A DNA stretch of 64,000 nucleotides from Planctomycetota bacterium (lineage in GTDB: Bacteria; Planctomycetota; UBA8108; SXIK01), in contig CBDCXR010000004.1 of the NCBI GenBank assembly GCA_965223845.1, positions 2,336,001 through 2,400,000 on the forward strand, in the 5' to 3' direction. Shown here in pieces: positions 58,469-64,000 of the stretch. The notes under the pieces are model-generated. The model did not search any database, was not told where the DNA came from, and saw only the letters and a list, made by a program, of their open reading frames with translations. Position 1 is the first letter of the stretch, and each line of letters starts with the position of its first letter. A program made the position numbers and the translations under genes.

Positions 58469-60412
58469 GTGTTCGTGGGAGATCGTATGCGCCCCATGAG
58501 GGTACTCTTCGTAGTTCTCTTGGCGATTGCGCCGACCGCGATGACTCGCGCGGCGTCCTCGTTTTCGCTAGGCGACGGGACGGCGGCGGTCGGCGCGAGC
58601 GCGACGATCGAGCTGAGCCTGTCCTCGGACGAACCCGTTCAGGGTCTGACCGCCGCCATCGAATGGAACGGTGCCGAGCTCGAGGCCGTCGCGCTGACTC
58701 CGGCCGATGTTCTCGCGGGCGCCGATACGGTCGTCACCCGGCTCGAGGGCGACTACGCCGTTCTGGGTGTGATCGTCGATGACGACGGCGTGGGCGATCC
58801 GGCGCTTCCGATCGGCGATCAGGTTCTCGCTGCGATCGAGGTTCGCTGCCGCGGCGCGGTCGAAACCACGGAGCTGCGCTTCGCTGACGGTAAGTACGCC
58901 GTAGCCGAAGGTGGCCCGCTCCTCGACAACCTCGTCGTCGTCGAAGGTCAAACGATCGACCGAGAGACCGGCCTCGGGCTGTCGGCAGGTTCTGTCACCT
59001 GCGGCGAAGGAGTGACGCGTCTCTCGTTCGACGATCGCGGTCGAGAATCGAAGGCCGGCGTTTTGCTGTCGAACACCGGACCGGTCGAAGGCTACACCGT
59101 CGCCGTCTGCCACGCTCCGTCCGATCTGAGTCTACGTTCCATCGAAGTCGGTGCGGCGGCCATCGCGGTCGGCGTCGAGTTCTCGGCGGCGTCGGTCTTC
59201 GATGGCGGCGGGACGCTGGCGGTGATTTTCGATATCGATGCGCCGTTTCAGGGTCAAGCGCTCGCCGTCGGGGATCGCCACGAGATCGCCGTGTTCGAGT
59301 ACGAGTGCCTCTCTCCCGGCGCTCCGACGAGACTCGAGTTTTGTGATGCAATTCTGGGCGAACCTGCGCTCGCGAACACGGTGGTCATCGCCGGACTCTC
59401 CGTGGCTCCAGTTCGGAGCGGCATCACGTACGAATGCGCGCCTGCCGACCCGTGCGGACCGGAGATTTGCGGCAACGGAGTCGACGACGATTGCGACGGA
59501 TCGATCGACGAGGAAGACTGCGCGTCCGTCGCGTTTTCCTGCGGCCCGCGGAAGGCCGCGGACATCGGCCAGCCGATTCTCGGCACGGTCGGAAGCGACG
59601 TCGAGCTCTGCTTCTTCCTCGAGACGAGGGAGGATCACGCGGTCGGTGAGCTGCCGCAGTTCGATCACGTCCAGGGCTTCTCGATGGGGGTCGCTCACCC
59701 CTGCTCCCTCACGGCCGGCAAGGACTTCGACATCTCGGGAACGATCCTCGAAGCGATCGGCGCGGAATTCGTATCTCTCGAAACGGACGCCGTCGCGACG
59801 GACGGCGACGGTTGCGAGCTCGTCATCGGAGTACTCGTCGATGCGCTCCCGCCGTTCGATGGAGCGACGATCCCGCCCCTCGACGGCCCACAGCGAATGG
59901 GTTGCCTCACGATGACGATCGCCGACGACGAGGCGCTCTGCGGCACTCCGCTCGCGGTAGAGTTCGTCGACGGCGTGAATATCGCGGGTCAGGCACCGGT
60001 GAAGAATCTCGTCTCGGTCGAGAACACGGCACGCGCGCCCGCGCTGATCAGCTGTGAAATCGAACCTGTGAGTCGCGGCCGTTTCTACCGGGGAGACTGC
60101 GATTTCAGCGGCGGGGAAATCGGGCTCGCCCTCAACATCAACGACGCCGGGGCGATGATTAGCTTCTTCTTCCATGATCCCGCCGTGCGCTTCGAGCCCC
60201 CGTGCCTCGACGCGTGCGACTGCAATGACGATGGTCGCCTCGATCTCGCCGATACGACCTGCGTCCTTCGGTTTCTGTTTCGGAGTGGTCCGATCCCGCC
60301 GCCACCCGGCCCGGGAGTCGAACGGGTCGACGGAGGATTCGCCGACACGCGCGCCGGAATCGATCCGACCTTCGATCTCCTCGACTGCGTAGAAGGCAGT
60401 CGCTGCGATTGA
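58469..60412 (+). CDS. Secreted scaffoldin-like protein: three cohesin-like domains, a Cys/Asp metal-binding repeat and a C-terminal dockerin-like module
   Basis: Signal peptide (ATG 58487 or 58496 are alternative starts); three related beta-rich units (PVQGLTAAI, PVEGYTVAV, HVQGFSMGV); EICGNGVDDDCDGSIDE; FYRGDCD...DCNDDGRLDLAD...DPT.D.L.C. Confidence 0.72.
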   Translation: MFVGDRMRPMRVLFVVLLAIAPTAMTRAASSFSLGDGTAAVGASATIELSLSSDEPVQGLTAAIEWNGAELEAVALTPADVLAGADTVVTRLEGDYAVLGVIVDDDGVGDPALPIGDQVLAAIEVRCRGAVETTELRFADGKYAVAEGGPLLDNLVVVEGQTIDRETGLGLSAGSVTCGEGVTRLSFDDRGRESKAGVLLSNTGPVEGYTVAVCHAPSDLSLRSIEVGAAAIAVGVEFSAASVFDGGGTLAVIFDIDAPFQGQALAVGDRHEIAVFEYECLSPGAPTRLEFCDAILGEPALANTVVIAGLSVAPVRSGITYECAPADPCGPEICGNGVDDDCDGSIDEEDCASVAFSCGPRKAADIGQPILGTVGSDVELCFFLETREDHAVGELPQFDHVQGFSMGVAHPCSLTAGKDFDISGTILEAIGAEFVSLETDAVATDGDGCELVIGVLVDALPPFDGATIPPLDGPQRMGCLTMTIADDEALCGTPLAVEFVDGVNIAGQAPVKNLVSVENTARAPALISCEIEPVSRGRFYRGDCDFSGGEIGLALNINDAGAMISFFFHDPAVRFEPPCLDACDCNDDGRLDLADTTCVLRFLFRSGPIPPPPGPGVERVDGGFADTRAGIDPTFDLLDCVEGSRCD

Positions 60413-60530
60413 TCGAACGCCGACCTGTCCGGCGAGGCTCGACACTCGAGCCCGAATCTCCCAAAATGCTCGCTCGTCGGCCGCGGGGCTGATCGAGAGC
60501 GGAGTGTGAGAGAGGGAGCGTCGAGTCGCG

Positions 60531-61763
60531 GTGGCGAAGCGGAAACCGGCGGGGACGGCCAGAAAGCGTCGTGCGCCAGGCGAAGGCGGCGGATCAAGTC
60601 CCTTCGACCGGCGGGCGCTGCGCCATTTGACGGATCTCCTCGAGATCGAGGGCGTCAGCGGTGATGAAGCTCGCGTCGCCGAGGCCGTACGCGACAAGCT
60701 CGTCGCCGCAGGCGTCTCTCGCCGTTCGATCGGGCACGATCGCGCCCACGAGTCGATACCGGGCGACTTTCGCACCGGGAATCTCATCGTCAAGTTGCCC
60801 GGTACGTTCCGCGCGCCGCGACGACTTCTCGCGGGTCACCTCGACACCGTTCCGCTCTGCCGCGGCGCGAAAGTCGCTCGGCGAGGCGATCGTCTCGAGT
60901 CGGAAGGAGCGACCGCGCTCGGCGCCGACAACCGCACGGCGGTCGCGTGCATCGTTTCAGTTCTCGAGGAGATCGTTCAGCGGAAGCTCCCCCACCCTCC
61001 GCTGACCGCGCTCTTCACCGTGGCCGAAGAGGTCGGGCTTCAGGGCGCGAAACGAGTCAAGATCAGCGATCTCGGGCGGCCGCGCCTCGGGATCAACATC
61101 GACTCCGGCGCACCCTACAAGATCATCGTCGGAGCCGTCGGAGCCGAGCGCTGGGAGGCGCACGTCCACGGAATCTCTTCCCACGCCGGCGTCCATCCCG
61201 AACACGGGGTCTCCGCCGCGCTGATCGCGAGTCGAGCGATCGCGGACGTCGCGGAGCGCGGGTACTTCGGCAAGATTCTCAAGGCGAGGCGGCGCGGTAC
61301 ATCGAACGTCGGAAGCCTGAACGGCGGCGAGGCGACGAACCAGGTCACCGACTACGTTCACGTGCGCGGGGAGTCGCGAAGCCACGATCCTCGATTCGCG
61401 GCGCGGATCACAGGAATCTACCGATCGGCATTCGAGCGCGCGGCGAAGTCGGTCAAGAACACTCGGCGAGACTCGGGTCGCGTGCGATTCTCGTCACACG
61501 TCGACTACTCACCGTTTCGGTTGAGCGCGGACGAGCCCGTCGTTCAGCTCGCGTTCGAGACCGCGCGCGAGCTCGGCGGCACGCCCGAAACGATCATTGC
61601 GGACGGCGGCCTCGATGCGAGCGCGCTCAACGCGAAGGGGATTCCGACGATCACGGTCGGAGCCGGGCAGCACGGCGCGCACACGACGTCGGAGTACGTC
61701 GACCTCGACGAGTACTTCGCCGGGTGCCGATTCGTTCTCGAGCTCGCTACCCGACGAGCTTGA
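60531..61763 (+). CDS. M20 family metallopeptidase (PepT-like/YqjE)
   Basis: GHLDTV, LGADNR, AEEVGL.GA, SSHAG..PE.G, GGLDA and GAHT..E. Confidence 0.92.
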   Translation: MAKRKPAGTARKRRAPGEGGGSSPFDRRALRHLTDLLEIEGVSGDEARVAEAVRDKLVAAGVSRRSIGHDRAHESIPGDFRTGNLIVKLPGTFRAPRRLLAGHLDTVPLCRGAKVARRGDRLESEGATALGADNRTAVACIVSVLEEIVQRKLPHPPLTALFTVAEEVGLQGAKRVKISDLGRPRLGINIDSGAPYKIIVGAVGAERWEAHVHGISSHAGVHPEHGVSAALIASRAIADVAERGYFGKILKARRRGTSNVGSLNGGEATNQVTDYVHVRGESRSHDPRFAARITGIYRSAFERAAKSVKNTRRDSGRVRFSSHVDYSPFRLSADEPVVQLAFETARELGGTPETIIADGGLDASALNAKGIPTITVGAGQHGAHTTSEYVDLDEYFAGCRFVLELATRRA

Positions 61764-61932
61764 ATCGCGCGCCGACTGGGAAGCGAGCCTCAGACAGGTT
61801 CCCAAAATGTAGTGTGCCTCGGCGACCACTTGATCCGGGCGTCGACGAGACGACAATGGTCCGCGTCGCACCCCATCCTCGCGCGTTCCGCGCGATCTCT
61901 TCCCGCATGGATCAGCTCGAACGGACTCTCGC

Positions 61933-63531
61933 ATGGCACAGCCGGAAACCGACTCCTCCGCCCCGTCTCTCTCCGGATTCCTCGGCGCCGTCGAACGCAT
62001 CGGGAATCGCCTGCCCGATCCCGTCACGCTGTTCTTTCTCGGCTCGATTCTGATCCTCGTCCTATCGGAGATCGCGAGCGCGGCGGGTTGGTCGGTGGAC
62101 CACCCCGTGACCGGCGAAGAGCAGACGGTGAAGAGCCTCCTTCGCCGCGACGGGCTCTACTGGGTCTGGGAGAATCTCGTCACGAACTTCACCGGCTTCG
62201 CGCCGCTCGGAGTCGTGCTCGTCGCGATGCTCGGCATCGGCGTCGCCGAGCGCTCGGGTCTCGTCGGGACCTTGCTCAAGCTCATCGTCCTCATCACGCC
62301 GGAAAAGCTGCTCACTCCGGCCGTCATGTTCGCCGGAGTGATGAGCAGCATGGCGATCGACGCGGGCTACGTCGTGCTTCCGCCCCTCGCGGCGGCGGTC
62401 TTCCTTCGCGCGGGCCGATCACCGATCGTCGGCATCGCATGCGTCTTCGCGGGCGTCGCTGCGGGATTCAGCGCGAATCTCCTCGTGACGGCGCTCGACC
62501 CTCTGCTCCAGAATCTGACGCAGAGCGCAGCCGCGATCCTCGACCCAGACTACACTGTCGATCCCCGCTGCAATTATTACTTCATGATCGTCTCGACGAT
62601 CATGATCACGCTGGTCGGCTGGTACGTCACGGACCGCATCGTCGAGCCTCGCTACCGCGATCGCCCCCTCGATCCACCCGAAGACGACGACGGGGCGAGC
62701 GGAGCCGGCGCGGCCGCAGACGATCCGAACTCAACGCAGATCACTGCGGACGACCGGCGCGGCATGATCGGTGCGGCGATCGCTCTCGCTCTCGCGAGTG
62801 GGGTCGTTCTCGCGATGATCTTCGTCGATGGTTGGGCACTCCAGGGAACAGTCGAACTACAACCGGGCTGGCCCGTCGATCGCTGGGTTCGGGCGATCGT
62901 CCCGATCCTCTTCGTGCTCTTCCTCGCGCCGGGGATCGGGTTCGGAATCGCTACCGGGTCGATCAAAAGCGATCGCGACGTCGCCCGCATGATGACAGAG
63001 ACGATGAAGATGATGGGCTCGTATGTCGTCCTCGCCTTCTTCGCTGGACAGTTCGTCGCGTGGTTCAGCGAGTCGAATCTCGGGGTCCTGTTCGCGCTCG
63101 AGGGAATCGCGTACCTGAGTGAGAAAGATCTCCCGCTTTGGCTCTTCGTGCTCGCGATCATCGCTCTCACCGCGGGACTCAATCTTTTCGTGGGCTCCGC
63201 GTCGGCGAAGTGGGCGTTCATCTCGACGGTGTTCGTTCCGGTCCTGATGGGGCTCGGAGTCAGTCCGGAACTCACGCAGGCGGCCTACCGCGTGGGCGAC
63301 TCTGTCTCGAACTCGATCGCGCCGCTCAACCCGTACGTCGTCGTCATGCTCGTCTTCCTCCAGCGCTACGTGCGCCGAGCGGGCATCGGCTCACTCGTCG
63401 CCCTGATGCTCCCCTACACCGTTTGGTTCAGCATCGTTTGGAGCGCCCTCCTCCTCGGCTGGATGGCACTCGGGATCCCGCTCGGTCCGGACGCGAAGCC
63501 ACTCTTCATCGAGCCGATCGGCGGACAGTAG
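61933..63531 (+). CDS. abgT: AbgT family transporter
   Basis: VERIGNRLPDPVTLF, NFTGFAPLG, GFSAN, GSASAKW and YRVGDS..N.I.PL.PY. Confidence 0.95.
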   Translation: MAQPETDSSAPSLSGFLGAVERIGNRLPDPVTLFFLGSILILVLSEIASAAGWSVDHPVTGEEQTVKSLLRRDGLYWVWENLVTNFTGFAPLGVVLVAMLGIGVAERSGLVGTLLKLIVLITPEKLLTPAVMFAGVMSSMAIDAGYVVLPPLAAAVFLRAGRSPIVGIACVFAGVAAGFSANLLVTALDPLLQNLTQSAAAILDPDYTVDPRCNYYFMIVSTIMITLVGWYVTDRIVEPRYRDRPLDPPEDDDGASGAGAAADDPNSTQITADDRRGMIGAAIALALASGVVLAMIFVDGWALQGTVELQPGWPVDRWVRAIVPILFVLFLAPGIGFGIATGSIKSDRDVARMMTETMKMMGSYVVLAFFAGQFVAWFSESNLGVLFALEGIAYLSEKDLPLWLFVLAIIALTAGLNLFVGSASAKWAFISTVFVPVLMGLGVSPELTQAAYRVGDSVSNSIAPLNPYVVVMLVFLQRYVRRAGIGSLVALMLPYTVWFSIVWSALLLGWMALGIPLGPDAKPLFIEPIGGQ

Positions 63532-63671
63532 CACCGTCCGGTCGGACGGATCGAGCACGCGGCAGTTTCGCGCCTTGAGCTCGGCGGACCGCGTCGCCGA
63601 GAATGGAGCGTGCGAGCGACAGATCGGGTCGTCTGTCGACGTTCTCCTCCTCCTTCGAACCCGAGCGTTAG

Positions 63672-64000
63672 ATGCGAAACCGCCTTCTCGCCATCCTCGT
63701 CGTCGGCATCGCTCCGTTCACTCTCGCCGACGACACTCGTCCGAAGAACGTCCTCTTCATCGCGATCGATGACCTCCGGCCGGAGCTCGGCTGCTACGGC
63801 GTCCCGTACGCGCAGACGCCGCATCTTGACCGGTTCGCCGAGAGCGGTGTCGTCTTTCGCAATCATTTCGTCCAGGTGCCGACGTGCGGTGCTTCGCGCT
63901 ACGCGCTTCTCACCGGACGAAGTCCAGCGCGCTCCGGCGTCACGCGCGGAAACCACTCGTTCTACGGCGGTCCGTCCGCGCTCGTTCGCGGGCCGACCGC
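63672..64000 (+). CDS. Secreted formylglycine-dependent sulfatase (iduronate-2-sulfatase-like); 3'-truncated
   Basis: Manual translation gives MRNRLLAILVVGIAPFTLA-DDTRPKNVLFIAIDDLRPELGCYG...TPHLD...PTCGASRYALLTG. It is absent from the ORF track because it has no stop in the window. Confidence 0.93.
   Translation, partial: MRNRLLAILVVGIAPFTLADDTRPKNVLFIAIDDLRPELGCYGVPYAQTPHLDRFAESGVVFRNHFVQVPTCGASRYALLTGRSPARSGVTRGNHSFYGGPSALVRGPT

Overview
This is a gene-dense, very GC-rich bacterial chromosome segment with about 42 CDSs. The first (a Ser/Thr kinase-WD40 protein) and the last (a sulfatase missing from the ORF track) are cut by the window edges. I see no rRNA, tRNA, CRISPR array, integrase, transposase or phage gene. 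An ECF sigma/Ser-Thr kinase pair, FxRGD dockerin-like modules, a lamin-tail/CotH protein, a YdjY-like protein and a sulfatase point to an uncultured Planctomycetota lineage (inference). Housekeeping genes are dnaE, yggS, yggU, punA, clpP, purN, rpsA, plsC, cmk, larE, plsY, gpsA, fdhD, pdxS/T, araB, lysA and abgT. They are interleaved with three Hanks kinases, a two-permease RND operon and large secreted proteins. The best candidate for an undescribed system is a cellulosome-like, non-cellulolytic assembly. Three dispersed secreted proteins share a Cys-capped double EF-hand dockerin-like module: a thermolysin-like protease, a lamin-tail/CotH protein, and a scaffoldin-like protein with three cohesin-like domains. 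Other notable signals are a C-depleted purine island of 7-bp and 9-bp tandem repeats after pdxT, a leaderless palindromic promoter for an RHH-like gene pair, and a motif shared upstream of two peptidase genes. All calls come from reading motifs by eye; no database search was run.
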